A stretch of DNA of 63,447 nucleotides, counting the filler, from Octopus bimaculoides (lineage: Eukaryota), in NCBI RefSeq assembly GCF_001194135.2. It is 7 parts of 6 records of this genome, joined end to end, with 100 filler letters (N's around TTAATTAATTAA, not from the genome) between each part and the next. Parts side by side here need not be neighbours in the genome. Positions count along the whole stretch, not along the records: positions 42,525 to 61,046 come from NC_068993.1; 6 more parts are not named here. One strand, given 5' to 3'. The notes under the pieces are model-generated. The model saw nothing but the letters and a program-made list of their open reading frames with translations, was not told the DNA's origin and made no database searches. This document shows positions 44,712 to 58,097 of this stretch, in pieces. Within the stretch, counting starts at the first letter, position 1. The number at the start of each line of letters is the position of its first letter. The translations under genes were made by a program, and so were the position numbers.

Positions 44712-45528
44712 ATGTGTGTTTGTGTGTGTATGAGTGTGTCTGTGTGGGATGTACAGGTTTTATTGTACATTTTTTCACCCTTTCTCTTAATATGTGTAAT
44801 ATATAATGTATATGTGTATGCACGTAACAACACATATAAGTATACATACATATAAATATACATATACATATATATGTATATATATATANNNNNNNNNNNN
44901 NNNNNNNNNNNNNNNNNNNNNNNNNNNNNNNNNNNNNNNNNNNNNNNNNNNNNNNNNNNNNNNNNNNNNNNNNNNNNNNNNNNNNNNNNNNNNNNNNNNN
45001 NNNNNNNNNNNNNNNNNNNNNNNNNNNNNNNNNNNNNNNNNNNNNNNNNNNNNNNNNNNNNNNNNNNNNNNNNNNNNNNNNNNNNNNNNNNNNNNNNNNN
45101 NNNNNNNNNNNNNNNNNNNNNNNNNNNNNNNNNNNNNNNNNNNNNNNNNNNNNNNNNNNNNNNNNNNNNNNNNNNNNNNNNNNNNNNNNNNNNNNNNNNN
45201 NNNNNNNNNNNNNNNNNNNNNNNNNNNNNNNNNNNNNNNNNNNNNNNNNNNNNNNNNNNNNNNNNNNNNNNNNNNNNNNNNNNNNNNNNNNNNNNNNNNN
45301 NNNNNNNNNNNNNNNNNNNNNNNNNNNNNNNNNNNNNNNNNNNNNNNNNNNNNNNNNNNNNNNNNNNNNNNNNNNNNNNNNNNNNNNNNNNNNNNNNNNN
45401 NNNNNNNNNNNNNNNNNNNNNNNNNNNNNNNNNNNNNNNNNNNNNNNNNNNNNNNNNNNNNNNNNNNNNNNNNNNNNNNNNNNNNNNNNNNNNNNNNNNN
45501 NNNNNNNNNNNNNNNNNNNNNNNNNNNN

Positions 45529-45583
<55 letters not shown>

Positions 45584-45922
45584 ACACATATATATATATA
45601 TATGTATGTATGTATGTATAGATCAGATATACATAAAATATACATCAAATATGCATCAAAATATATGTTGTATGAACCTATCCAAGCTAACGTCATAATT
45701 AGAATCTATTGTTTGATCTTCCTCCATTGATGTTACCCATCCAACTATCGATCACTCCATCTATTTAACCATTTAACCATCGATTTATTGACGTATCCAT
45801 ATAACATTCCTTGGAGATTTTTCCTAATGCTGTAACCCTCGTTGTTTAACCCAGAATAAGTCTCCTTCCATAAATCCTATGTTTAAATGATTTCTATCCT
45901 TGAATATGAATATTACAAGTTT

Positions 45923-45953
<31 letters not shown>

Positions 45954-46497
45954 TTCATTTAATGGCAGCATGGCGTTGTTAAGGGAGATTTCGGTTCTAT
46001 ATTAGGAGAGTAAAACCACCAAATAGGTTTTTTCCCCTCGTTGGTGCAACGACTGGCGTTTCGTTGGTTTTCAAGTTAGCGGCTTACCATGTAAAGGTCA
46101 TCTTTGGTTTTAACTGTTCCTTGCTTCAGCCATTAGATTGGGGCCATGCTGGAGTAGTGTCTTGAAGAATTTTTCACTAGATGAATCGATTTTGTTTTAA
46201 AATCGGTACTGATTGAATTCCGCTCTTTTGTCGGATCCCTATCTTGTGGGGACCTTAGCTCACCAACACCGGTTGTTAAGCGGTAGCGGTAAGGTGGGGT
46301 ACAAAGATGGACGCAAACACACATACTCATAGATACACACTCACGAACATACACACAGAACATGCCCAGAACATGTACTGAAGTGTAACTTAAAAAGCCC
46401 GCCTCTTTCGTGGATATATAAGGAGGAACAATCGTCTATGTACTGTGTTGAATCAAGGTATGTTTATTTTTGTTTATGTTTATGTGTCTTGACCATA

Positions 46498-46571
46498 CGT
46501 GTACTGATGAATAAAAGATGCAGTTTACTGCATAGTTTTGCTGTGCTAATTATGAAACCATTGGTTTACCG
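46498..46571 (+). ncRNA. Type I hammerhead ribozyme-like motif, probably in a Penelope-like terminal repeat; activity uncertain
   Basis: CTGATGA (46504-46510) and GAAA (46554-46557). Stem II is closed by ATAA/TTAT and holds the hairpin ATGCAG-ttta-CTGCAT. Stem III is ACC-att-GGT. The cleavage triplet is GUU (46564-46566). Stem I is CG(T)GTA/TACCG. The stem II closing pair is a non-canonical A-U instead of G-C. Confidence 0.45.
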
Positions 46572-47618
46572 CTAAGTTAAAAGTTTGTAGGAGGTTAGCT
46601 TTGAAAGTTGCATTCCCTCGCGATCGGTAAAAATGTNNNNNNNNNNNNNNNNNNNNNNNNNNNNNNNNNNNNNNNNNNNNNNNNNNNNNNNNNNNNNNNN
46701 NNNNNNNNNNNNNNNNNNNNNNNNNNNNNNNNNNNNNNNNNNNNNNNNNNNNNNNNNNNNNNNNNNNNNNNNNNNNNNNNNNNNNNNNNNNNNNNNNNNN
46801 NNNNNNNNNNNNNNNNNNNNNNNNNNNNNNNNNNNNNNNNNNNNNNNNNNNNNNNNNNNNNNNNNNNNNNNNNNNNNNNNNNNNNNNNNNNNNNNNNNNN
46901 NNNNNNNNNNNNNNNNNNNNNNNNNNNNNNNNNNNNNNNNNNNNNNNNNNNNNNNNNNNNNNNNNNNNNNNNNNNNNNNNCATATATACACACACACACA
47001 TGCATATAAGTATTTATATATAGTGTTTAAATTTTTGCACACGCCTAGCAATCACAGGGAAGAGTGGAAGTCGATTGCATGAACCACATACGCACACACA
47101 CACACATGAATGTTTTTTTATTTGAAAACAGTTTAGCAATACGCTAAAGAAATACTCAATAGCTTTAGCAGAGTACATGTGTATTAAATTTTCACAAGAA
47201 GTTCTCGATTTTTTTCATGAATGCGTGTACATGTGGGTGTGAACGCACATATATCTATTGCGAGCGAATGCATAGCTAGTCATTAGCGGAAAGCTTTGCA
47301 AAGTTAAGTGAGCTTGTGACGTACGATCACGAATTATACGCCAACACGATATAGTTAAATCATTTGCGGTCTTATAGTCATGGCGTTACACGTTTGTGTA
47401 ATATACAGAAAGTCTAACACAGCAATTGATAAAGTTGCTCCGCTAAACGTATGGCATGATATACATTGTTTTATAAAACCATTGAATACTCCTGCTGTGA
47501 AATGGATTCTGGCGAAAACGCTTTTGACATTGCTTTAAAAAGAATTAAAGAAAAGTTAAAGAGCTGATGAGATTTTCTGTTTTCAAACGATTCGATATTT
47601 TTATGTTTTATGAACACC

Positions 47619-47830
47619 GCAAAGCGGTGAGCTGGCAGGTTCTTTAGCACGCTGAGCGAGGTTTTGCGCGGCATTACGTCTATTTTCACGATTTGAGTTC
47701 AAATTCCGCCCAGGTCGACTTTTCACTTTTTTTTTTTGCATCCTTTCGGGGTCAATAATATGAGTGCCTTTCGAATGCTAAGGTCGATGTAATCGACTTA
47801 ACGCCTCCCCGCGAAATTGCTGACCACGTG
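47619..47830 (+). mobile_element. tRNA-derived SINE, family A
   Basis: aagcggtgagctggcagg...ttgagttcaaattccgcccaggtcgac...catcctttcggggtc. Confidence 0.8.
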
Positions 47831-48214
47831 GCAAAATCTATTCACCTTCCACTCCATTTGCCCAAATACGCACTAATCTCCTTTCTATGTTGTTACGGTC
47901 TCAAACATCATCCGCTGTTTCTCATGTCATCCAATCTCTCGCTATATACGTCAGAGTTAATTATACATCCACCTGTTAACAATCGCATACAATATAAAAC
48001 ATATTCCCCGTCATTTATCACCACACAATTTATGTGTATGTTTGTCTCTATCTTTCTTTCTGTCTTTCTTTCTGTCTGTCTTTCTTCCTTCCTTCCTTCC
48101 TTCCTTCCTTCCTTCCTTTCTCTCTTTCTTTTTTCTTTCCGTTCTTTCTTTCTTTCTTTCTTTCTTTCTGTCTTTCTTTCCTTCTTTCTTTCTTTATGTA
48201 TATATGTATGTAAG

Positions 48215-48248
<34 letters not shown>

Positions 48249-48253
48249 TGCAT

Positions 48254-48300
<47 letters not shown>

Positions 48301-48871
48301 CCTACCTACCTACCTTCTTACCTACCTATCAATCTCTAATTCTCTCGGTCCTCTCGCTCTCCTCTCTCTCTCGCTCTTCTTCTATGTTTGCATGACAAAG
48401 ACAACCAACTAATCAACCAACATACAAATAGTGAGTGAGCTTCGAGGATTATCAATTCTCACACGCTGTGTTCTTTAATTTATTCTCTGACACCTTTTCT
48501 CATTAGGTGGCACTATTGCTAGATTCTTACCATAGTTGACAGTAAATAATCGCCTTCCAACCACGCGTAATATTTCCGCTTTATATTGAGCTATGACAAA
48601 GAATATAAAACGTACAAAGACGTCTGAAATACTAAAAGTGAAGAATTAAGAGATAAAAAGAAACATTATTGCAAGGAATGTGAACGGAACGATATATCTA
48701 ACAATATTGTTAAGTGATAATAATAATTCTAACCTTGGTAAACTTTCTTAAATTCTGATCTAGGTGTTACGCGGGGTCATATTTTTTTTTATCGGCAATG
48801 GAAAGATGAGTGCAAAGTTGTTTGATTTAAATTTCGGATATTCATGTGCACGCACACGAAGGTACGCACAA

Positions 48872-48902
<31 letters not shown>

Positions 48903-49007
48903 NNNNNNNNNNNNNNNNNNNNNNNNNNNNNNNNNNNNNNNNNNNNNNNNNNNNNNNNNNNNNNNNNNNNNNNNNNNNNNNNNNNNNNTATATATATATG
49001 TACATAT

Positions 49008-49180
49008 ATGGCTGTGTGGTAAGTAGCTTGCTTACCAACCACATGGTTGCGGGTTTAGTTCCACTACGTGGCACCTTGGGCAAATGTCTTCAACTATAGC
49101 CTCGGGCCGACCAAAGCCTTGTGAGTGGATTTGGTAGACGAAAATTGAAAGAAGCGCGTCGTATATATGTATATACATAC

Positions 49181-49232
<52 letters not shown>

Positions 49233-49340
49233 GTATGTGTGTCTGTGTTTGTCCCCCCAACATCGCTTGATAACCAATACTGTTGTGTTTACGTCCCCGT
49301 AACTTGGCGGTTCGGCAAACCAGTCCGATAGAATAAGTTA
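49008..49340 (+). mobile_element. tRNA-derived SINE, family B
   Basis: ggctgtgtggtaagtagcttgcttaccaaccacatggttgcgggtttagttcc...gaaagaagcgcgtcgtatata, then a microsatellite, then gtttgtccccccaacatcgcttg. Heads also at 27350 and 50518. Confidence 0.85.
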
Positions 49341-50721
49341 CGGGGACGTAAACACAGCAACAACGGAATACTTTCACGGGAGTGCCACAGTAAGGCCGCA
49401 GACTAATAACTGAAACTACTAAAAAAGTAGACATCTCTGGATTTAAAAGATGATGAATAATACCGCCGCCATTACAATATATGAATCACAAGCCTCCTAC
49501 ACACAATAATCTTTAAAAAACATAGCTAATAAAATTTATAAACGTTTTCGTCGAAGAACAATTTAATTCCGCTGCTGATAAATCGATGCCTCATTAAAAG
49601 ACTGTGGTGTCAGAGATAGAATACTAGCGGTAGAGACCGACAGTAATATTCATAAACGGAGAGATAGAAAATGAGATATTCTAGTGTATAATCGACACTA
49701 CAGTTTAAATGATCCTTCCAATTTTGTTACAATTTTCGTAAACCTTATTATTAAGCTTCCACCAAGAAATAACTGCAATCACAAACTCTATGATTAAATT
49801 TGAGGATGAAGTCGCGTTACAATTGCGCCAACGTATTCGCTACTTCCATAGAGATTATTAATAGAAGAAAATGTTTCATTACAAACAAATCAGTTCTGTA
49901 TATGGCTGAAACTTCATTATTATTTTCGCTTTCAATGCTATGTGTCTTTCTTAAGCATAAATTTATCGAGGTTATTGTATCTTTTGTGTAAATAACAATC
50001 AAACAAAATTCAATATTTAGCAAATGTATGCATTCAGACATTAGAACGAAGTCTTAGCCAATTTGAATCCAGATACAATTGGAGTTTCAAGAAGGATAAT
50101 AATAGAAGCATTTGGAAAAAAAAAAAAAAAAAAAAAAAAGAGAAGAAAAAATGCTTGGTCCATTATTGAACTCGAATCTTCAAACATTAATGATTGCAGA
50201 ATGTGCGACATCTGCCTTTCGGAAATATATAACAGTCTATTACAGATTTTTTACATTATAATTATGATGGTAACTCTAGCGATTGTGACGATGATTATAC
50301 ACAGACTGAAGAAAAACAATGACAGTTGTTGAGTGATGAATAGATAGAAAGAAAGAAGGACCAAATTGTTAGTTAATTGCATTTCAGGCCAGATTGAACG
50401 GGCGTACACTCGAAGGCATTCCATTTGTGATTATACCAACGCTTCTACATTAGGAACTACAACCGGTTGCTATCTGTAGCTGTTGCAGGCTCCTCGGTAG
50501 AAATTAGAAAGAGAAATATAGGCATAGCTGTGTGGTAAGGAGCTTTGCATCCCAACAACACGGTCCCGGGTTCAGTCTCATGGCATGGCACCTTAGGCAA
50601 GTGCTTTCAACTATAGCGTCGGGCCAACTAAAGCCTTGTGAGTGGATTGAAGCCAATTTACACCACCTGTGTTCGTCTTTTGTTTTTTTTTTTGTGTGAA
50701 TTCTCCGTGTATATATACATA

Positions 50722-50766
<45 letters not shown>

Positions 50767-51413
50767 GATTGCGTGCGTTTTTGATAACTGCTACTTTTTT
50801 CCTGCGTTTTCTCTCCATCAATTCACATCTAAGTTATCTTTTTAATCATCATAATTTATTTATATATCTTCACAAAATTACAATCAATAGTTTATTAAAG
50901 AGTGAAACATGGACAGCGTTGTCCTTACAAAATATATAAATACACACACATGCATACAAACAAACACACACACACACATATGTACATGCGTATTGCACAA
51001 ATACAAACATGTAAATTAGGAGAGCTGAACGTGTATGAGTGTACGCGTGCGCACATGTGTACGTCTATGTGTGCTTGTGTGCGTGGTGAGTGAGTGTGTG
51101 TGTATGTGTGTGTAAGTGCCGTGTGTGTTTTTGTGTGTACGAACGTAATCATTAGGTGTTGGGTGAGCGCTTATATAAAATTCCTTTGTAGAGTCAGAAA
51201 TAGAAAAATCGGAATCAGTATTCTAAAGAATTCCAAAGGAATACAAATTGTTCTTGGAAGAAAAATGATTTCTATTTCTTTCTTGCGAAGAATACAAGGA
51301 CAATTAGCGATTTCAAAGGAGCCAACATTCTTTCCTCTCTCGTTCCATGTTTTCCTTACCGTTTTTCTTTCCCGGTCTCCCACACCACTTCGCCTTTCTT
51401 GTTTTTTTAAAAT

Positions 51414-51449
51414 TTATTATCATTATTATTACCATTATTATTATTAGCA

Positions 51450-51522
<73 letters not shown>

Positions 51523-51553
51523 CATCATTATTATTATTATCATCATTATTATT

Positions 51554-51604
<51 letters not shown>

Positions 51605-51613
51605 GTTTTTATT

Positions 51614-51645
<32 letters not shown>

Positions 51646-51652
51646 CATCATC

Positions 51653-51684
<32 letters not shown>

Positions 51685-52260
51685 CATCATCATCACCACC
51701 ACCATCATCATCATCATCATCATCATCCTCATCATCATCATCATCATCACCATCATCATCATCGTCGTCGTCGTCGTCATCATCGTCATCATCATCATCA
51801 TCATCATTATCAACTTCAGCAGCAGCAGCAGCAGTAGCATTAGCATTATGATGCTGATGTTGATGATGATGATGATGATGATGATCATGTAGCAGAAATG
51901 GAGGAGGAGGACGACGGTGATGAATGGACATGAATATGAAGTTGATGACGACGATGGTGATGATAATGATGGTGATAATGATGATGATGATGTTTCATGA
52001 TGATGACGACGACGACGACGATGATGATGACAATTATCATCGTCAAGATTGTCATAACTGCTCTTGTCATCAACTTCAACATCTCCATCATCATAATGCT
52101 CATCATATCATTAACGCCATCATTATTATTTCCCCTCGCCCTCCTCGCCCTCCTCCTCCTCCTCCTCCTCCTGCTCATCATCATCATAATCATTATCATC
52201 ACCGCCGCCACGGCCACCACCACTACCACCACCACCACCACAACCACCACAAACACCACC

Positions 52261-52307
<47 letters not shown>

Positions 52308-52510
52308 TATCATCGTCGTCATCATCATCACATGACCTTCGTCCAAATTTTTCTCAACCCCATTCTTTCTCCTTCTTCTCCTCCTCCCCGCCTCCACGTA
52401 CTCCTCTTCCTCTGCCCCCTCCCCATCATTAGTGACGTTTTCTTGTCGCCGTCGTAGTCATTGTTGATGTTGTTGTAGTCGTTGTTGTTGCTGTTGTTGC
52501 TACAGTTGTT
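51414..52510. repeat. ~1.1-kb compound trinucleotide tract (ATT, ATC, GTC, AGC, GAT, GAC, CCT, CAC)
   Basis: Read directly. Confidence 0.95.
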
Positions 52511-53010
52511 TCTTCCCTTCATACATATCACGGTGTACGCTGTTTGTTCATTAGGGATGAAAGCAACGAAGCTTCGTGTGTATGTGTGTGTGTGTTTATG
52601 AGCAAGAGAGAGAAAGAGAGAGATAGAAAGAGAGAAATAGAGACGAGTGAAGAAGGGAGAAAGCGAGGGAGGGAAAAAGCGACAGAGAACGAAAGCGCGC
52701 GCAAGTGTACGCGTTTGAAAATGAATATGGTTGTAAGTCCATACGTCTGTAATACTTTGGCTTTCTATATGTGTGTTTGTGTGGGTATGTCCGGGTCTTC
52801 TTCTTCAATATGTCTATGGGTCTCTGCTAAGATTTGCGTCTGCCATATAAATGGTTTTGTGTGTGGCTTTGATTCAGGTGGAATTTTTTTTCTTTCCTTT
52901 TATTTTGTGTGTTAATTGTATTTGTTCTTTATTCCACAGCAACTGCAATTCAGCTGAGATATTTTGATAAGTATTCCAGGATGCCCAGCTCGTCGCTAAA
53001 TATATGCATG

Positions 53011-53058
<48 letters not shown>

Positions 53059-53604
53059 CGTGTGTGTGTATGTATACATGTATATATATATATATATATA
53101 CATACGTATATTACGTATATATANNNNNNNNNNNNNNNNNNNNNNNNNNNNNNNNNNNNNNNNNNNNNNNNNNNNNNNNNNNNNNNNNNNNNNNNNNNNN
53201 NNNNNNNNNNNNNNNNNNNNNNNNNNNNNNNNNNNNNNNNNNNNNNNNNNNNNNNNNNNNNNNNNNNNNNNNNNNNNNNNNNNNNNNNNNNNNNNNNNNN
53301 NNNNNNNNNNNNNNNNNNNNNNNNNNNNNNNNNNNNNNNNNNNNNNNNNNNNNNNNNNNNNNNNNNNNNNNNNNNNNNNNNNNNNNNNNNNNNNNNNNNN
53401 NNNNNNNNNNNNNNNNNNNNNNNNNNNNNNNNNNNNNNNNNNNNNNNNNNNNNNNNNNNNNNNNNNNNNNNNNNNNNNNNNNNNNNNNNNNNNNNNNNNN
53501 NNNNNNNNNNNNNNNNNNNNNNNNNNNNNNNNNNNNNNNNNNNNNNNNNNNNNNNNNNNNNNNNNNNNNNNNNNNNNNNNNNNNNNNNNNNNNNNNNNNN
53601 NNNA

Positions 53605-53780
53605 ACACTATTCAATTTTTTTTCTCCGTGTTTTTCTCCTTGTCTCCGTATTCTTTCTGTTGAAGAGCGTAGCTCGAAACGTCAAAGACTTTCCGTATTC
53701 CCGAGCGTCATACTAATACATCCTTTTGTTATTTACACCACCTGTCCTCGTCTGTTGTTATTTTTTGTATATTCTCCCCT
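53605..53780 (+). repeat. Short TA-abutting repeat resembling a Penelope-like terminal sequence
   Basis: Contains TGAAGAG-cgtag-CTCGAAAC-gtcaaagac and ends caccacctgtcctcgtctgttg...ttctcccc(TA)n. A related end is at ~50660-50710. Confidence 0.35.
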
Positions 53781-53805
53781 ATATATATATATATATATAT
53801 ATATA

Positions 53806-53839
<34 letters not shown>

Positions 53840-54369
53840 CAGAGAGAGATTGAGAGGTGAAATGATAGATAGAATGATAGTGATAGATAGGTAGATAGAA
53901 AGATAGATGGGTGGGCGGATGGATGAATGGAAGGATAGATGGATGCATGGATGTATGTACGTTGGCAGATAAACAACGGCACATACTCTCTTTCCCCCCG
54001 CCTCTCTCTCTCATACTCACATCCACCCCCACCCTAATTTACCCCTGCTTAACCTGGTTAAGTACTTCATTTGGATTTTGAAAGAATGAGTTTATCTCCA
54101 TGATATAACTTAGAAATTCATTACTCCGGTCTTTTGTTCAACGTGCGAAACACTACACATCAAAAGTAATTACGTTGTTCGAGGTATTGAGTTCTTTTTA
54201 TATCATTTATACTTTACAGCGTAACTAATTGAAATTAGAAACACACTCTTAACCATATAACACTGCAAACATAAGGAATGAACGCTCTGAAAGAAACCAA
54301 AGTAGATAGATTGATCATTGAACTAATTACCCTTCTGTAATCGGTAAGATACATCCCTATATCACCGAA

Positions 54370-55270
54370 TTAGATCTATATAAAATAGCTAATCAATAAA
54401 GTAGAAAACGCCATCAAAAGATTTTGATGGAAAACTCACTTTTACGAGGACAATCAATTAACCCGACTATACGACAGTTTCGAAATAAAAACACGGAACT
54501 GCCCACCACAGATCAAATATCTGAAATCCTTTGAAGCGGAATTGCTAGAAATAATCAGCTCTGTAAGATTTGCAAAAACACAGCAACTCTTTCTAACTTA
54601 AAATGAAAGCACTATTAAGAACACTAACGAATTTTAGTCATTTTAAGACGTGATATAAAACCTGTACAAAATACTCTAGGATATACCGGCTACATGTGTA
54701 ATGAAAATATTACACAAAACTACTACAAAGTTGGCAAATCTTCTTCTTTTAGTCGTGAAGGAAAATAAGAGCCAAGACAAACAAACTGATATAGAAAATG
54801 CAGAGCCTAACGAAACGCAAATCTTATGTAGACCACAGGGAAAAGTTCGGCACAAATCTCAAATGCAAGCAAACAAAACCTGCTGGAAACGAACTAAGGA
54901 ATTTCAGACATATAATAAATATAAATAAAAAGCGTAAATGACAAAATTCGAAATGCCACTGTGTCTGGGACAATGTGATTAAGTCCAGTGAAAATATTTA
55001 ACTTGTTTAACAACATTAGGGAGAAGAATTATGCAAATTGACCCCAGGACAATTTTAGCAAAACTGAATCATTGACCTAAAATGCAGCAATGTCATGCCC
55101 AAATGACACGTGTTCTCAGTATATTGTAAAGATAACCTAGTGACTTTATTATGAGAGTAAAGGGAGGGAACCAAATACAATATGCCGGCACTGAAGTCCC
55201 TGATGTATGACAACAGAACACTCCTCTTATGAACAAACATCCCGCCTACAAAGGGAAGAAAAAACGTTGT
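54370..55270 (+). mobile_element. Degenerate Penelope-like element, RT N-terminal region (possibly Naiad-like)
   Basis: LINKVENAIKRF*WKTHFYE, RNCPPQIKYLKSFEAELLEIISSVRF and DHREKFGTNLKCKQTKPAGNEL correspond to the PLE blocks KRMRWKA, PPxxxxLxxFE and KDHKENF..CRLINP.KSELG. Confidence 0.7.
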
Positions 55271-55533
55271 AAACAACCATTAATGTAAATGTATTATTAT
55301 ATACTTTATCACTTTCATATGTCTCGGTCATTGGGCTGTGGCCATGCTGTAGCGCCGCCTCGAATTGTTTACTTGTGGGACTCAACCCCACTACTTATAT
55401 GCATACATACATGCATACATACATACATACATATATACATACATGCATACATACATAAATACATAAATACATACATACATACATACCTATATACATATAT
55501 AAATACCATATGTATGTATGTATGTATATATAT

Positions 55534-56360
55534 AATATATTTATTCTTACTCTTTTTTCTATAAGATGTTGTATGTGTTGCATATATATCGTGTGCTACA
55601 AGAATATATGGCCATACAGAAACATATTGATGTGTACATTCACACTAATATATCATATATAGTCTGTATGTATTCACATGTGTGTATGTATATATGATGA
55701 AATCTCTCGTCGAAGAGATGTATATNNNNNNNNNNNNNNNNNNNNNNNNNNNNNNNNNNNNNNNNNNNNNNNNNNNNNNNNNNNNNNNNNNNNNNNNNNN
55801 NNNNNNNNNNNNNNNNNNNNNNNNNNNNNNNNNNNNNNNNNNNNNNNNNNNNNNNNNNNNNNNNNNNNNNNNNNNNNNNNNNNNNNNNNNNNNNNNNNNN
55901 NNNNNNNNNNNNNNNNNNNNNNNNNNNNNNNNNNNNNNNNNNNNNNNNNNNNNNNNNNNNNNNNNNNNNNNNNNNNNNNNNNGTATTCTTGAGCCAAATA
56001 CCTTATCTCACGTTACTTTGCGATCACTTAAACACCTAACACGTGGTACACAATGCACCTGTTCGGGCAACGTCGATTTAATGAAGGGAACAAGCTAATG
56101 TACGGCCCCTACATTTGATCACTATAAACAAATCATTGGTGCAGGTTGTTCGAGAAAAGCTGAGCACTCACCCGTAGTCTTCGACGAGAGATTTCATCAT
56201 ATATACATACACACATGTGAATACATACAGACTATATATGATATATTAGTGTGAATGTACACATCAATATGTTTCTGTATGGCCATATATTCTTGTAGCA
56301 CACGATATATATGCAACACATACAACATCTTATAGAAAAAAGAGTAAGAATAAATATATT
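55534..56360. repeat. Inverted duplication with 183-bp arms around a gap and a SINE tail
   Basis: 55534-55716 appears identical to the reverse complement of 56178-56360. Confidence 0.85.
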
Positions 56361-56889
56361 TAATAGCGCGCAATGAATATATAAATAAGAAACTCAATTC
56401 CGTATATGTGGAAGATATGTTATAGATGACACATATGACAGAAGATAAACATATTAACATGATATACAGTACACACATGCATATGCAGTGTACACATACA
56501 GTACACACATGCATATAAAATTTATCAAATACATTTAGGAATACGATATATAATGCATATATATGAAAGTCGTATACATAAAGTCGCATACATAAACGTA
56601 ACATTAAATATGTCACTCGTTTGTCTTTTCTTTATATTCATTCTGCGTCTACAATATATGTGCATTGTATAACTTATTTATATAAATATGTCTTACGTCT
56701 ATATCTATTACACGACTTTGCTTTCATATATTTATTACCTGTGTATAAGTCGTATGTTTAGATATTTATATTTAGTTAGATAGAAAGAAAGATAGATAAT
56801 GTATTCCATACAATACCTATGTGTGTATGGAAGATAAACAATGTTATATAGAAAAATATATTGCAAACATACATACATACATATATACT

Positions 56890-56923
<34 letters not shown>

Positions 56924-58097
56924 NNNNNNNNNNNNNNNNNNNNNNNNNNNNNNNNNNNNNNNNNNNNNNNNNNNNNNNNNNNNNNNNNNNNNNNNNNNNN
57001 NNNNNNNNNNNNNNNNNNNNNNNNNNNNNNNNNNNNNNNNNNNNNNNNNNNNNNNNNNNNNNNATATATGTATATGTGTGTGTGTGTGTGTGCGTGTGTG
57101 TGTGTATACACGCCACCAGTAGAGTATATACACATAAAAAAAAATATTAACAAAATACACCATAAACACGTAAATAAATTCTATAATAAAAGTAGAAAGA
57201 TCAGAAAAACAAAAGATTCTGTAATTTATCAATACCGATTTAATGGTGTTCGCTCTCTCGTTTCACGTTGTTTGATTTATATTGAAATTATCCCAAACTG
57301 TATATTGCTTTATAGAACTGATAGTTGCGGTGGTGATACTGGTGGTTCTGGTGGTACTAGTTTCGTTAGTAGCGTTGAGTGATAGTAGTGATGTTGGTAG
57401 TCGTCGTAGTTGTACTCGTAGTGGTAGCGGTGGTGGTACTTGTGGCTGCGTTTTTGTCGATAGTGTTAAGCGATAGGTGATGACAGTAGCAGCCGTTTTT
57501 GCAGGTGGAGCTAGTAGAAGAGAAGTTAGTTGATGTGGTTGTGGTACTGGTGGTAGTGTTAGTAGTTAAACTGGTGATTCTGGTGATAGTTGTGTTATTG
57601 GTAGTATTGGTTGATGGTGGTACTAGTGATGTTGTTTGCAAGCTTTGATAACAATGGCGGCAATTGGTGTCGTGTTGTTAGATTTAGTGATAGCTGTGAG
57701 GTCTTTGGTCAAGCATTCGTAAGTAATGGTTAACATGTTGGTTGAAGTGGTGGTACTGGTCTTAGTCAGGCTGTTCCATTTCAATAATGTTGGTGACAGT
57801 GGGAATTTGGGGTTCTATCCGGAGTAACGGTATGAGTGCTACTTATCAGGCAGGGTCGTTTTAGCGAGGCGATAGTTATCGGGAAAGGTGGCAGAAGATG
57901 GTGTTACTTAACCAGTGACGAAGTGCAATTAGTTGTATTATCATTATTATTAGTAGCAGTATTCTGCCAAGGTCGACTTTGCCTTTCATTCACCAGGGTG
58001 GATAAAATGAATACCAATCTAACATCGGGGTTTGACGTAAACGTCTTAACCCGCTCCACAGAAATTGCTGGACGTGTGCCAGTAATTTGGAAACAGT

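Noticed and set aside
47564-47590. CTGATGAG...CAAAC as a hammerhead core
   Set aside because: G12 is missing and no stems form.
51407-51931. 174-aa His/Ala/Asp/Asn homopolymer ORF resembling a low-complexity transcription-factor region
   Set aside because: It is built entirely from trinucleotide microsatellites open in several frames on both strands, with no splice or domain support.
57290-57830. Thr/Ser-rich mucin-like ORF on the minus strand (also 26870-27060)
   Set aside because: Decayed (GTA/GGT)n repeats with stops in and around the frame.
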